Shown: positions 21,079 through 31,841 of the stretch, piece by piece
Layout: each line of letters starts with the position of its first letter
Position numbering within the stretch: position 1 is the first letter of the stretch
Source of the DNA: a bacterium
Lineage (GTDB): Bacteria > Hinthialibacterota > Hinthialibacteria > Hinthialibacterales > Hinthialibacteraceae
Assembly: GCA_963662285.2 (NCBI GenBank)
Contig: CAXXMV010000008.1
Span: 1,344,001 to 1,408,000 of the forward strand
DNA length: 64,000 nucleotides
Direction: 5' to 3'
Program-made: the position numbers and the translations under genes
The notes under the pieces: generated by a model
Databases searched by the model: none
The model's input: the letters and a program-made list of their open reading frames with translations, nothing else
Told to the model about the DNA's origin: nothing

Positions 21079-21999
21079 ATGAATCTTCAAGAGTTCCGTC
21101 ATCTTCAAGCCGAAAAAACAACTCTGGAAAAATTGATCGGCAAATTACCTGATTCCAGCGTCATTGAGCGAATGAGTTTGGAATCCCGAAAGAAGGAAGT
21201 TGAAAATAAACTGGATTCTCAGCCTGAACCACCTCTCGAACCAGTCCGGGCTAAACTGACATTTCGCGGCAAGCCGATCATTGGCAGCCATGGTATATTC
21301 GCCGAGTTCGGTGCGGCGGTTGTCAATATATTTGCTGAAACAGTAGCAAGCATCGGCGCAAGCCAGATTGAGCCGCTCGGTTTGCGCGGCGCAATTCCAA
21401 ACCGCGAAAACTTTCGACTATTAATAACAGGTACTGCGTTGGGATCTTTCGGATTTGAACTGGAAGAATCACCCAAGGATAACATGCTATTCTTACCAGG
21501 AATGTCGCCAATCGAAGCAGCCATTGATAAGGTAAAAACAATAATGGAAGCCACACTGGGAACTGATGATGATTTATCCGAGGTTATTTCCGATGCTGAT
21601 CCTCGAGCACTTGAAGAACTACGTACATTTCTAAAAACAATGGCTGATCATGAAGCCATTTGTACTCTTGAATTCAAGGATGAAATATTCAGGTTTTCTG
21701 ATGTAGGACAGGTTCGAAGAAGCGAACAACGACTAAGACAGGATAATATACACGAAGAAGATGTGACAATTACAGGATCATTTCAAGGAGTGCTACCCAA
21801 GCACCGTACGTTCGAGTTTCTTGTTTCAGAAACGAATGATGTCATTTCAGGCAAAATTGGCCCAGCAATCGAGAATGCAGGAGAAATAAACCATATCCTG
21901 GAAAAACCTTCCATAATCAATGTTCATACAAAACGAGTTGGTAAAAGCAATCCTCGATATATCCTATTCAAATACAAAGAAGCGGCGCTACAGAGTTAG
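21079..21999 (+). CDS. Hypothetical protein, translationally coupled partner of the nucleotidyltransferase
   Basis: 306-aa ORF starting 2 nt after the upstream stop, with a GGGAG RBS. N-terminal helical hairpin, central LITGTALGSFGFELEE, beta-rich C-terminus. No TM segment or signal peptide. Confidence 0.85.
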   Translation: MNLQEFRHLQAEKTTLEKLIGKLPDSSVIERMSLESRKKEVENKLDSQPEPPLEPVRAKLTFRGKPIIGSHGIFAEFGAAVVNIFAETVASIGASQIEPLGLRGAIPNRENFRLLITGTALGSFGFELEESPKDNMLFLPGMSPIEAAIDKVKTIMEATLGTDDDLSEVISDADPRALEELRTFLKTMADHEAICTLEFKDEIFRFSDVGQVRRSEQRLRQDNIHEEDVTITGSFQGVLPKHRTFEFLVSETNDVISGKIGPAIENAGEINHILEKPSIINVHTKRVGKSNPRYILFKYKEAALQS

Positions 22000-22055
22000 C
22001 TAATTGTTAAGATAACCAATTGTATCCCCGTCATTCTTCTTACGCAGGACTTGAT

Positions 22056-23699
22056 TCACAAATCCATTGGTTGCCATTGAACGCCTGCCTGTCCTAGCAG
22101 GGTTCCTGTAGAGAGAGCAATATTGACTTGGGCTATCTGATAATCGATCAGGGCGCGTACTTCGCTCAGTTGGGCGGTTGCTAATCTTCCTGCAGCCAGT
22201 AAGACGTCTGTACTGGTTCGCACGCCTTGTTCAAATTGTTTGCGTTCCGCCTGGTAGGTGCGGGCGGCGAATAACACATCCTGACGTGAGGCCAGGATGC
22301 GCTGCCAGTTTTGCTCTAGTAGATCTATCGCGTTAAGCACTTCCTGTTCGATTAACTGGCTTCGTTGTTCTTTGGAAGCCAGTCGCTGAGTCAGCGCCAG
22401 TTTGGCGTAGCGCAAGCGGGCATTGGCGGCTTTGTTGCCCAGGGGGATTTCACCCTGCAAACCCAGGCTCCAATCAGTGAATTCTCCACTGCGAATGTCG
22501 TCAAAGGATTTTCCAAAACTGTTGCCCAATCCATTAATGTTAATGGTTGACTCAACGCCCAGGCCGGGTAATCGGGCGTTTTTGGAAGCATCGATCAAAC
22601 TTTGATCAATGGCTGTTTGCAATTCAAGACCGAACATTTCCATGCGGTTGTTAATGGCAAATGCTACGAGTTCCTTGGGATCAAGCTGGATTTTTAGCGG
22701 CGTAGGGTCTGTTTGAGGCAGGATGCCGGTGATTGAATCCAAGGGCAAGTCATCGCGGTTCATGATTCGTTTGAGGTCGCGTTCATAAAGACGTAATCCG
22801 GTTAAAGCGAGAATGATTCCTTCACGTCGAGCCGCGACTCCTGATTCGGCGCGGATGATTTCCACCTGAGGCGCGGCGCCGGATTCCACCCGTAGTTGCG
22901 CTTCCGCCAGTTGACGTTCGGCCAGTTGATACTGTTGTTGACTGACAAATAATTCCTGCGATGCGCCGTATACTCTCCAGTATGCGCAATCGGCATCAGC
23001 CAGAATGCGAATGGCTTGTAGTTTGGTTTGCGCTTCGCTCATTTTTTCTTGCAACCGCGCTACACGGATGGAATGAGTATTAGTTTTCATTCCAGCGCCG
23101 CGCAGCAAGGGCTGTGATATAGTAAAGCGTAGATCGCTTTCAAAAGATGGATTGAGGATACTGAATTGATTGTCGTTGTCATATCTGCCATTGGGCTGAC
23201 GGAGAGTGATGTTGCCGCCAGTCGGCAATGGTTGGCGCAGGCCTATTTCGAAATATGTATTAGATGATTTTGCGGTATCCAACTGTGATGCGGTCGGGGA
23301 GGTTGAGTCGCTGTACTGAATTCCGCCGAAGAAGGCCGCTTCGAATTTTGCCCGCCCTTCTAAATATTGTTGTTGGGCGAGAGAGGGATTGACCAGATCA
23401 ACTTTGAGTTGCAGATTGTTGGATAGCGCTGCAGCCCGGATATCGGCCAGTGATAAACCAATGCAATCCTGATTGTTCTCATTTTCCAGCAGAACTGTTG
23501 TATATTGTTCAGCAGCTTGATCAATGGAAATTGGTTCAGTTTTTGATAATGCCTCTAAATTTACTGTGTCAATTTGACTGGAGTCAACATTGAGCAGGGC
23601 TTGATGCTCCGGCCCGGTCTCTCTGATAAATTGCTGCATACAACCGCTTAGAGTTGTTACGATAATAACAAGTAATATGAGTTTAGATTGAGTCTTCAT
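22056..23699 (-). CDS. TolC-family outer membrane efflux lipoprotein
   Basis: ATG at 23699 (TAATG overlap with the ATPase stop) gives the lipoprotein signal MKTQSKLILLVIIVTTLSG-C. Two OEP repeats, ISQPLLRG and FEQGVRTSTDVL. Confidence 0.92.
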   Translation of the reverse strand: MKTQSKLILLVIIVTTLSGCMQQFIRETGPEHQALLNVDSSQIDTVNLEALSKTEPISIDQAAEQYTTVLLENENNQDCIGLSLADIRAAALSNNLQLKVDLVNPSLAQQQYLEGRAKFEAAFFGGIQYSDSTSPTASQLDTAKSSNTYFEIGLRQPLPTGGNITLRQPNGRYDNDNQFSILNPSFESDLRFTISQPLLRGAGMKTNTHSIRVARLQEKMSEAQTKLQAIRILADADCAYWRVYGASQELFVSQQQYQLAERQLAEAQLRVESGAAPQVEIIRAESGVAARREGIILALTGLRLYERDLKRIMNRDDLPLDSITGILPQTDPTPLKIQLDPKELVAFAINNRMEMFGLELQTAIDQSLIDASKNARLPGLGVESTININGLGNSFGKSFDDIRSGEFTDWSLGLQGEIPLGNKAANARLRYAKLALTQRLASKEQRSQLIEQEVLNAIDLLEQNWQRILASRQDVLFAARTYQAERKQFEQGVRTSTDVLLAAGRLATAQLSEVRALIDYQIAQVNIALSTGTLLGQAGVQWQPMDL

Positions 23700-24472
23700 T
23701 ATTCTTTGCCTTCCAGTTCCGACGGTTGCATTTCGTTGCGCATAACGCCATCCCACAGGTTGATGATTCGTTTGCTATATGCAGCATTTCGTTCTGAGTG
23801 AGTGACCTGTACTATAGTGGTTCCTTCTTTATTCAAGCGGGAGAAGAGTTCCATGATTTCTTCGCCTTGTTTGGTGTGCAGGTTGCCGGTTGGCTCATCG
23901 GCTAGTATCAGTTTGGGATTGGATATAACCGCGCGCGCCACGGCGACCAGTTGCTGTTGCCCGCCTGATAGTTGACTGGGGAACAGGTCTTTCTTACCGA
24001 CGATGCCGAATCGATCAAGCGTATCGCATACAATCGCCGCGCGTTCGGACGACTTGATATTACGGTAAGAAAGTGGAGTATCCAGGTTTTCATAGACAGT
24101 GAGTGAATCGAGCAGATGGAAACTTTGGAATACGAAACCGATGGTTTGCTTATTAAGTTCATTGCGGTCTTTGGGCTTGAGATTATGAACCGCATTACCT
24201 AACAAGTGATATTCGCCAGTCCAGTCGGTATCCAACATCCCCATAATGTGCAATAGGGTGGATTTCCCGGCGCCGGATGGCCCCATGATAGTGATGAAAT
24301 CGCCTTGTTCGATATCTAAATTGATTTTTTGCAGGATAGATGTTTTGCCCGCTTTGTTCTGATAGAATTTCTCTATGTTGCGCATACTTATCAGCGGACC
24401 GTCATTCTGCAATAAGCAACCAAGATCAGTTTGGTCTTGATTTTTTGGTTCGGATTTTGATTTAAAAAACAT
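23699..24472 (-). CDS. ABC transporter ATP-binding protein (MacB/LolD family), second ATPase of the operon
   Basis: GPSGAGKST, GFVFQSFHL, LSGGQQQ, LILADEPTGNL, VTH. Confidence 0.96.
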   Translation of the reverse strand: MFFKSKSEPKNQDQTDLGCLLQNDGPLISMRNIEKFYQNKAGKTSILQKINLDIEQGDFITIMGPSGAGKSTLLHIMGMLDTDWTGEYHLLGNAVHNLKPKDRNELNKQTIGFVFQSFHLLDSLTVYENLDTPLSYRNIKSSERAAIVCDTLDRFGIVGKKDLFPSQLSGGQQQLVAVARAVISNPKLILADEPTGNLHTKQGEEIMELFSRLNKEGTTIVQVTHSERNAAYSKRIINLWDGVMRNEMQPSELEGKE

Positions 24473-24484
24473 GGTTACAACTCC

Positions 24485-26905
24485 TTATTCACTACGTAGG
24501 ATAATCATGGGATCGGTTTTAGCGGCGCGCCATGCTGGCAGATAACAGGCCAGCAAGGCGATTCCCAGAAGAATTAACGGGACAATAATAAAAGTTAATG
24601 GATCAGTGGCGGTCATTTGATATAACATTCCCGCCATCAAACGGGTTACGGCATAAGAACCGAACAAGCCGATTATCAAACCAATAATAGTTAAGATAAA
24701 ACCTTTTCTTACAATCAGGAATATGATGTTATGTACCTGGGCGCCGAGCGTCATGCGGATGCCGATTTCGTGGGTTCGTTCCTGAACCGCGAACGACATT
24801 ACGCTATAGATGCCTATAATGGCCAGCAGAAAAGCCACCACCGCCATTACCGAAAGCAGAATCATACAGAAGCGCTGCACCGAGATTGATGCGTTTACTA
24901 CATTGTTCATACTTTGAATCCACAGGATCGGTTGATTGGGATCGACATCCCAAATCTCACGCCGCAAGGCAGGCGCCAAGGCCATAGGATCGCCTTTGGT
25001 TTTGACCATCAGGGTCATCATGCGGCGGCTATCTTGATTCATGTTCTTGTACATAAATGGATTGAAGCCAATGGCGTTTAAGGCGCGGAGTTTCACGTTC
25101 CCAACGACTCCGATAATTTCCTGCAATTCTCCGTTGAGGCGTATTCGTCTACCCAAAGGTTCTTCATTGGGAGTAAATCTATCGACAAATTCCTGATTCA
25201 CTATCACAACCGGTTTGCTTTCAGCTGTGTCGCTTTGGTTGAAATATCGCCCTTTAATCAAGGGGATGCCCATGGTTGGAAAATATTCATTGGAGATAGA
25301 ACGATACTCCGCGCTGGTTCCTTGTCCGGGAGGCAACGGTTTCCCCTCGAAATGAAATCCATTATTGGAATTACTGGGCGTTAATGGATGAACATTGATT
25401 GCGGCGACTGATTTCACTCCAGGCAATGTGGAAACATTATTGATTAATTTATTATAAAAACTTACGCGAACTTTACTGTCCTGGTTTCGTTCAGAGTCGG
25501 GAAGTTCCATGTGAGCCGCCAATACATGGTTGGCATCAAATCCCGGTTTTATTTGCTGTAAATTATAAAAACTCTTGATTAATAGACCTGCTCCCATGAG
25601 GATTATCAAAGCTAAAGCTACTTCAGAAACCACTAATCCATTGAGCAGGCGGTGCCGGGATGAACCAAACGATGTGCCCCGTCCACTGTCTTTCAGGGTT
25701 TCATTAATTTTGGTTTTAGAAATTTGCCAGGCGGGCACAGCGCCAAACAGCAGCCCACTGATCATGGATAGAATCAAGGTGAATATGAGAATGGTTGAGT
25801 CGATGCCGATTTCATCGAATCCGGGGATTCCGGTGCTTCCCGTTTCGATGCCATGAGGCGCCAGATACCGTAATGCATCCAAACCCCACAAGGCGAACAT
25901 CAATCCCAGGCAGCCGCCCATGATGGACAAGATAACGCTCTCGGTAATAACCTGACGAAAAATCCTGAACCTGCCAGCGCCTAACGCGCTGCGGATAGCA
26001 ATCTCTTTGTTTCTCGAACTGGCTTTGGCTAAGAGAAGATTGGCGACATTGACGCAGGCAATCAACAGTAGAAAACCTACCGCCCCATAAAGCACCAGAA
26101 AAGCTGTTCTGACTTCCTCGACCAGCATTTCCTGCAATGGCCTAATGGCAATTCCCTTGTTGGTGTTGGAGTCGGGATATAATTCACTCAGACGGCTGGC
26201 GATCATATTCATTTCCGCCAGGGCTTGTTGTAATGAAACCCCGTCATTTAAGCGACCAATTATGCCATAGAAATGAGAACTACGATTTTGTTGGAGTTTA
26301 TCTATCCTTAATGTAGTGTATACCTGAGCCATCTCTTCGATGAAACCCATCATGGGCGGCGCCACGCCAACAACAGTATGCGGCTCTTCGTTAATGATGA
26401 TCTTCTGGTTAATGATATCTTTATCAGAATCGAAAAGGTTTTGCCAAAGTTTATGGCTCAATACTATGACGCGATTACCCGACTGAGATTCTTCGGGCAG
26501 GAAACTGCGTCCTAATGTCATCTTATCCAGGGTTGCAGTAAAAAAATTGGTTGATACTTCCACACCAACCAAGGCCTTTGGTTCACCTAAGCCGGTCAAA
26601 CTGAAATGGCAATCCATATTCATAGCGGCCAAATTTTCGAAAACCGTGTTTTGCTCAACCCAGTCGAGGTAATCCGGCCCAGAGCAAGTGCCACGGTCTC
26701 CTGAACTCCAACGCGACTGAATCCACATTATTTCTTCGGGTTCTGCGAAAGGCAGAGGACTGAGCAGAACATTATAAATCAGGCTGAACAGCGCCGTGTT
26801 GGCGCCGATGCCAATGGCCAAAGCCAATACGGCGAAAATGGTAACGCTGGGATATTTCCATAACATGCGAAAACCGAAACGTATATCCTGTGTTAAAGAT
26901 GACAT
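24485..26905 (-). CDS. Duplicated-domain MacB/FtsX-type ABC permease (ADOP-like), P7
   Basis: QDIRFGFRML..LALAIGIGANTA; [25 protein letters not shown]; second FtsX half GIYSVMSF..EIGIRMTLGA; ends DPMIILRSE. Confidence 0.95.
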   Translation of the reverse strand: MSSLTQDIRFGFRMLWKYPSVTIFAVLALAIGIGANTALFSLIYNVLLSPLPFAEPEEIMWIQSRWSSGDRGTCSGPDYLDWVEQNTVFENLAAMNMDCHFSLTGLGEPKALVGVEVSTNFFTATLDKMTLGRSFLPEESQSGNRVIVLSHKLWQNLFDSDKDIINQKIIINEEPHTVVGVAPPMMGFIEEMAQVYTTLRIDKLQQNRSSHFYGIIGRLNDGVSLQQALAEMNMIASRLSELYPDSNTNKGIAIRPLQEMLVEEVRTAFLVLYGAVGFLLLIACVNVANLLLAKASSRNKEIAIRSALGAGRFRIFRQVITESVILSIMGGCLGLMFALWGLDALRYLAPHGIETGSTGIPGFDEIGIDSTILIFTLILSMISGLLFGAVPAWQISKTKINETLKDSGRGTSFGSSRHRLLNGLVVSEVALALIILMGAGLLIKSFYNLQQIKPGFDANHVLAAHMELPDSERNQDSKVRVSFYNKLINNVSTLPGVKSVAAINVHPLTPSNSNNGFHFEGKPLPPGQGTSAEYRSISNEYFPTMGIPLIKGRYFNQSDTAESKPVVIVNQEFVDRFTPNEEPLGRRIRLNGELQEIIGVVGNVKLRALNAIGFNPFMYKNMNQDSRRMMTLMVKTKGDPMALAPALRREIWDVDPNQPILWIQSMNNVVNASISVQRFCMILLSVMAVVAFLLAIIGIYSVMSFAVQERTHEIGIRMTLGAQVHNIIFLIVRKGFILTIIGLIIGLFGSYAVTRLMAGMLYQMTATDPLTFIIVPLILLGIALLACYLPAWRAAKTDPMIILRSE

Positions 26906-26929
26906 TTGATACCCTCCAAGAAAGATTCT

Positions 26930-29341
26930 TTATTCACTGCGTAACGTCTCCATCGGATCGATTTTGGCTGCTTTGCGTGCGGGGATGTAACAGGCCAAAA
27001 TCGAAATGCCTATCAGTAAGATAGAGATAAGTAAGTACGTTGATGGATCAGATGGTGTAATTCCGTAAAGAATACTGCTTAAAAATCGTGTAATAGCGAA
27101 CGCAACCACCAGGCCAATCGTGATGCCGATCAGGATTAATTTAATCCCCTGCCATACAACCATTGATATCACATCACCGAATTGTGCGCCGATGGCCATA
27201 CGAATGCCGATTTCATGCATCCTCTGGCTTACGGAATATGACATAATCCCATAGATACCGAGTGAAGAGAGAATCAGCGCAACAACCGATAACACCGATA
27301 CGAGAACCATGGTGAATCGATCCATAACCATTGTATCGGCGATGAGTTTATCCATCGTACGGACATTTTCTATCGGCATATCAGGATCAATGGCCCAGAC
27401 CTGTTGCCGGATGGCTGTTGAAAGCCGTTGAGGGTTGCCGCTGGTTCGGATAGCGAAACAGAGCGAACCGTCAGGGTGATGCAAGAATGGCACATACATG
27501 GTTGGCCGGTCTTCGCTGGTTAATCCGAAATGTTTGATATTGTCTACAACACCGACGATCTGGTATGTTTTAGAATCCCAGTCCGGTATCTTGATGAATT
27601 TGCCGATTGGATCGCCGATATTTTCATATCTCCGCGCCATGAATTCATTTATGATGATTCGATTGACGTCTGGATCTTCATCGTCGGAATTGAAATAGCG
27701 GCCTTTCAGCAAGGGTATCTTCATCGATTGAAAATACTCTGGATTGATATGCCGTATTTCGCCAAACTGAACATTGCCTTCACTCGACGCTTGCTGGTCT
27801 TGAATTTCAAAAGATAAGCCTGTTCCCCATGTAAGAGGAAGAATGCTGGGCGCAGCAACGGATTTCACACCGGGTAAGTTTTTAATGCGTTCCATGACAT
27901 TCCGGTAAAAAGCGAGTTTTTGAGAATCTTCTTTATATTTGGAACTTGTAAGCGGCAGATGAAAGGTCAACATATTACTGGAGTCGAATCCCGGATGGAT
28001 GCTTTGAACTCGAATAAAACTGTTCACCATCAATCCTGCGGCAATGAGCAGAATCAGCGAGAAAGCAATTTCGGCAACAACGAGATAGCGCAGAATTCTC
28101 TGGCTCTTTTTTCTTCCAACCGAGCCACGACCGCCTTCGTTCAACACTTCCGTTAAGTTGGTTTTTGTCATCTGCAAGGCCGGCGCCAGTCCAAAGAGAA
28201 TGCCGGTTATGATGCAGATGGCGAAGGTGAATCCAAGCACATAAGGATCGATGCCCACGCGGGTAACGAAAGGCCCCAATTCAGAAGGCAGAAGGCTTTT
28301 TAATAAATCGATGCCCCACAATGTAATCAGCAGACCACATATCCCTCCAATAAAAGAGAGAATGATGCTTTCGGTTAACATCTGGCGGATAACCCTCATA
28401 CGGGTGGCGCCCAATGATGCGCGTATAGTGATCTCTTTTTGCCGGACGCCCGCTTTGGCAAGTAACAAACTGGCCACGATTGAGCAGGCGAGTAAAAGAA
28501 CGAAAGCAACCGCTCCATGAAGAATGATAAAGGTTGTCGTCATTGCCCGAACCAATCGCTCAATCATCGGTTCGGTAAAAATGCGGTAATCCTTATTGGT
28601 TTCGGGATATTCCCTGGCCAAGTTGTTGGAGATAATATCTAATTCAGCGCGGGCTTGCTCTAGCGAGACGCCTTCTTTGAGCAACCCCATAGCGTTGTAG
28701 CGACGGACGCCGCGATTTTCCTTTACGCGATCACTGGAAAGAGGAATCCAAATTTTTGCTTCCCCTTCCATGAATCCCAACTCGGAAGGAAGGATTCCAA
28801 TAACCGTATAGGGGACGCCATTTAGAGATATTTTCTGGTTTAGGATATCTTTTTTGCCGCCATACCTGTCATTCCAATACCCATAACCCAACAGGACGAC
28901 TTTATCTTTACCCGGCTCATTCTCTTCTTCAGTGAATTGGCGGCCATAGATCATGGGAATTTCCGTCGTATTGAAAATATCTGATGTCATAACATATGCA
29001 GAAATCCGATCCGGTTCTCCATGACCAGTTACGTTGAAGTAATCCACCGTAATGAGAGAAACTGATTCGAGCGTTTGGCTGCGCTCAACTAAATCAAGAT
29101 AATTAGGGCCGGAGATGGCGGTATTATTTTTATCCTGCCCTTCACGAATCTCACAAACCCTTACCATGCGATCAATGTTGGGAAACGGCATTGGGCTAAG
29201 TAACATTGAATTGACCATAGTGAAGATGGTTGAATTAGCGCCGATGCCGATAGCCAAAGCCAGGATAGCCAGGCAAGTAACGCCGGGCGTTTTTAACAGC
29301 ATCCTGATTCCGTACCTGATATCCTGCATAAGAATTGTCAT
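26930..29341 (-). CDS. Duplicated-domain MacB/FtsX-type ABC permease (ADOP-like), P6; close paralog of P2
   Basis: Same architecture. The protein is co-linear with and highly similar to 36831..39239. Confidence 0.95.
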   Translation of the reverse strand: MTILMQDIRYGIRMLLKTPGVTCLAILALAIGIGANSTIFTMVNSMLLSPMPFPNIDRMVRVCEIREGQDKNNTAISGPNYLDLVERSQTLESVSLITVDYFNVTGHGEPDRISAYVMTSDIFNTTEIPMIYGRQFTEEENEPGKDKVVLLGYGYWNDRYGGKKDILNQKISLNGVPYTVIGILPSELGFMEGEAKIWIPLSSDRVKENRGVRRYNAMGLLKEGVSLEQARAELDIISNNLAREYPETNKDYRIFTEPMIERLVRAMTTTFIILHGAVAFVLLLACSIVASLLLAKAGVRQKEITIRASLGATRMRVIRQMLTESIILSFIGGICGLLITLWGIDLLKSLLPSELGPFVTRVGIDPYVLGFTFAICIITGILFGLAPALQMTKTNLTEVLNEGGRGSVGRKKSQRILRYLVVAEIAFSLILLIAAGLMVNSFIRVQSIHPGFDSSNMLTFHLPLTSSKYKEDSQKLAFYRNVMERIKNLPGVKSVAAPSILPLTWGTGLSFEIQDQQASSEGNVQFGEIRHINPEYFQSMKIPLLKGRYFNSDDEDPDVNRIIINEFMARRYENIGDPIGKFIKIPDWDSKTYQIVGVVDNIKHFGLTSEDRPTMYVPFLHHPDGSLCFAIRTSGNPQRLSTAIRQQVWAIDPDMPIENVRTMDKLIADTMVMDRFTMVLVSVLSVVALILSSLGIYGIMSYSVSQRMHEIGIRMAIGAQFGDVISMVVWQGIKLILIGITIGLVVAFAITRFLSSILYGITPSDPSTYLLISILLIGISILACYIPARKAAKIDPMETLRSE

Positions 29342-29365
29342 TTTTATTGCTCCATCAGAGATTCT

Positions 29366-31828
29366 TTATTCACACCGTAGCGCATCCATGGGATCGACTT
29401 TGGCCGCCCGGCGGGCTGGAATCCACGCTGCCAGAATAGCAACCAACAAAATCGTAATTACGGATAGAGTCATTGTGATTGGATCATGGGGTTCTACACC
29501 GTAGAGTTGGCTGCGGATGAGACGGGTAAGCGCCAACGCGCATACTCCACCGATCAACACGCCTACTACTGACATTGATATAGCGCTTCGCAGAATAGGC
29601 CAGGCAATTTGACGGCGGGTGGCGCCGAGCGCCATGCGGACGCCTATTTCGCTGGTACGCCGCGCCACGTTATAAGCCATCAAACCATAAAGCCCGATGC
29701 AGGATAATAATACAGCCAGAAACGCAAGCGAGCTGCAGAGGATGGCGAACATCCATTCCTGGGCGATTCTTTTATCGCGAACCTGTTTTTGAGTGATCAT
29801 TGAGACAATCGGAACATTGGGATCGACCGCCGCCATCGCCTTACGGGCGGCGGCGCTGATGCCCGACGGGGGTAGAGCCGTACGTAGAGCGAAATACCCC
29901 TGGTGGAGATCACTCTGACGAAATGTGTAATAAACGGTTGGAGGGATTTCTCCTTTGATATCAGTATATTTCGCGTCGGAGCATACGCCAATGATGTTCC
30001 AATCGACTTCGTTGGAGCGAAGCGTCTGACCGATGGGGTGGACGTCTTTCAAGTAGCTGTTGACAAAGGTTTCGTTGACGATGATCGATTTGGGCGCTCC
30101 TTCAACATCGGTGATGGTGAACGGCCTGCCGATTTTTATGGGGACGTTCATGGTTTCGAAGAAAGATTCGCTTACTGTCAGTTTGTGAGCCTTAGGCCGC
30201 GCACCATCTTCGGGAGGATTATCGGGCAGGGTGAAGAAACCACCGCCGGACATCCATCCGCCTAGCAATGCAAACTGGGTGATGGCCGCCGATTGAACGC
30301 CGGGGATGGCGGCCAGTTCGGTCTGCGCCTGGTCGTAATAGGCCGTTCTTTTCTCCTGTTCGTAACCGGCGTTCCCCGGAGAGACTTGCAGTAGAAGAAT
30401 GTTGTCCATACGGAATCCTGGATTGATGTCAACAATGTTAACAATAGTGCGAACGTACAATCCCGCTCCGACGAGCAACAGCAGAGACAGGGCGACCTGA
30501 GCGATGACTAGCAGGCGTCCGCTTCGCATTCGCATGGCGCCGAGGACGCTTCGAACTTTCATACCGGATAGGGGATCGACTCTGGCGGCGCGGATAGCGG
30601 GAAGCAATCCCGACAAAACGGCTGTGAATACCATTACTACCAGAGTGAAGAACAGGACTCTTAGATCGAGTGAGGCGTCGTAGTGCAATCCCTCGCTCGT
30701 ACCGGCCATCAGCCGTGAGATTACGTCTTTCCCCCACAGGGCGAAAACGATTCCCAAACCGCCTCCCAATATGGAAAGCAATAGGCTTTCGGTTAGTACC
30801 TGACGTACGAGCCGCCAGCGTCCGGCGCCGATAGCAGTGCGGATGGCGAATTCGTGTTGGCGGACGGCGCCTCTGGCCAACGAGAGACCGGCGAGGTTGG
30901 CGCATGCTATAAGAATGACAACCCCGACCACGCCTAAAAGCAGTAACAGCGGTTTCCGGTAAAAATTCTTTTGACTGATTGGACCCGCAGCGCCATTAAT
31001 GATCTTCATTTTAGGTTCGGTTAACTGTTCATCGGCGGCATTGGCGAACGCGACGTCGAACGCGGCCTGGAACTGGGAGTCGTTTACTCCAGGCTTTTTG
31101 CGCGCCATCAGTTGCACCCACCAGTGATTGGCGTCTGTGTTCGCAAAATGGGGCGCCACTTGCGGCAGCGCATCCATCGAAACGTAGAATTCACAGGCGT
31201 CGCCGGGATGAATCCCCGGAAACCCGGACGGAAGAACGCCGAGAATGGTAAAGGAGTGACCTTGCAACAAGATGGATTCTCCAACGACGTTCGCATTGAG
31301 ACCGAAATGACGTTCCAACCAGGGATAGGAGATAACGACGCCGCGTGCGTTTAATGCTTCCCGATCATCCGGTTCGAATAATTGTCCCAAGAGGGGTTTG
31401 GCGCCAAGGGTGGAAAAAAAATTACCGGACACTACCATACCGTTCGCTGCGAAGGATTGGTTTTGAGCGCGGCCAGTGATCATGCGAAGATCGGTGTAAC
31501 AGAACACGTCCGCTTGTTCGGCGCAACGCTCGCGCAGATTTTCGTAGATGGGGAAAGAGACAGCGTTGCCAATGAAGCGACCTGGCGACTCTTCCGTGCA
31601 ACTTCCACTGACAGAAAACCGCGCTCCGCCGCCCGACCATTCGAGTACGCGAAGTTCGTGTGGATTGGGAACGGGAAGCGAGCTGAGCAGAACGGCGTTA
31701 ACCAGTGAAAACACCGCCGTACAGGAACCTATGCCCAAGGCTAAAGAGAGCACCGCGATTGAGGTGAAGCCCAGGTTCTTGGTCAACATACGGAATGCGA
31801 AACGTAGATCATACAAAAAAGTTTTCAT
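29366..31828 (-). CDS. Duplicated-domain MacB/FtsX-type ABC permease (ADOP-like), P5
   Basis: [21 protein letters not shown]; IACANLAGL; [18 protein letters not shown]; ends [12 protein letters not shown] at 31828 preferred over GTG at 31849. Confidence 0.95.
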   Translation of the reverse strand: MKTFLYDLRFAFRMLTKNLGFTSIAVLSLALGIGSCTAVFSLVNAVLLSSLPVPNPHELRVLEWSGGGARFSVSGSCTEESPGRFIGNAVSFPIYENLRERCAEQADVFCYTDLRMITGRAQNQSFAANGMVVSGNFFSTLGAKPLLGQLFEPDDREALNARGVVISYPWLERHFGLNANVVGESILLQGHSFTILGVLPSGFPGIHPGDACEFYVSMDALPQVAPHFANTDANHWWVQLMARKKPGVNDSQFQAAFDVAFANAADEQLTEPKMKIINGAAGPISQKNFYRKPLLLLLGVVGVVILIACANLAGLSLARGAVRQHEFAIRTAIGAGRWRLVRQVLTESLLLSILGGGLGIVFALWGKDVISRLMAGTSEGLHYDASLDLRVLFFTLVVMVFTAVLSGLLPAIRAARVDPLSGMKVRSVLGAMRMRSGRLLVIAQVALSLLLLVGAGLYVRTIVNIVDINPGFRMDNILLLQVSPGNAGYEQEKRTAYYDQAQTELAAIPGVQSAAITQFALLGGWMSGGGFFTLPDNPPEDGARPKAHKLTVSESFFETMNVPIKIGRPFTITDVEGAPKSIIVNETFVNSYLKDVHPIGQTLRSNEVDWNIIGVCSDAKYTDIKGEIPPTVYYTFRQSDLHQGYFALRTALPPSGISAAARKAMAAVDPNVPIVSMITQKQVRDKRIAQEWMFAILCSSLAFLAVLLSCIGLYGLMAYNVARRTSEIGVRMALGATRRQIAWPILRSAISMSVVGVLIGGVCALALTRLIRSQLYGVEPHDPITMTLSVITILLVAILAAWIPARRAAKVDPMDALRCE

Positions 31829-31841
31829 AATATCAATTTTC

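Noticed and set aside
20501-21999. Assignment to CBASS, MNT-HEPN or Hailong
   Set aside because: The NTase is too small for a CD-NTase, and the partner shows no HEPN motif, TM helices or known effector domain.
23700-23756. Longer TolC start given by the ORF track
   Set aside because: It overlaps the ATPase coding region; ATG at 23699 gives a clean lipoprotein signal peptide and translational coupling.
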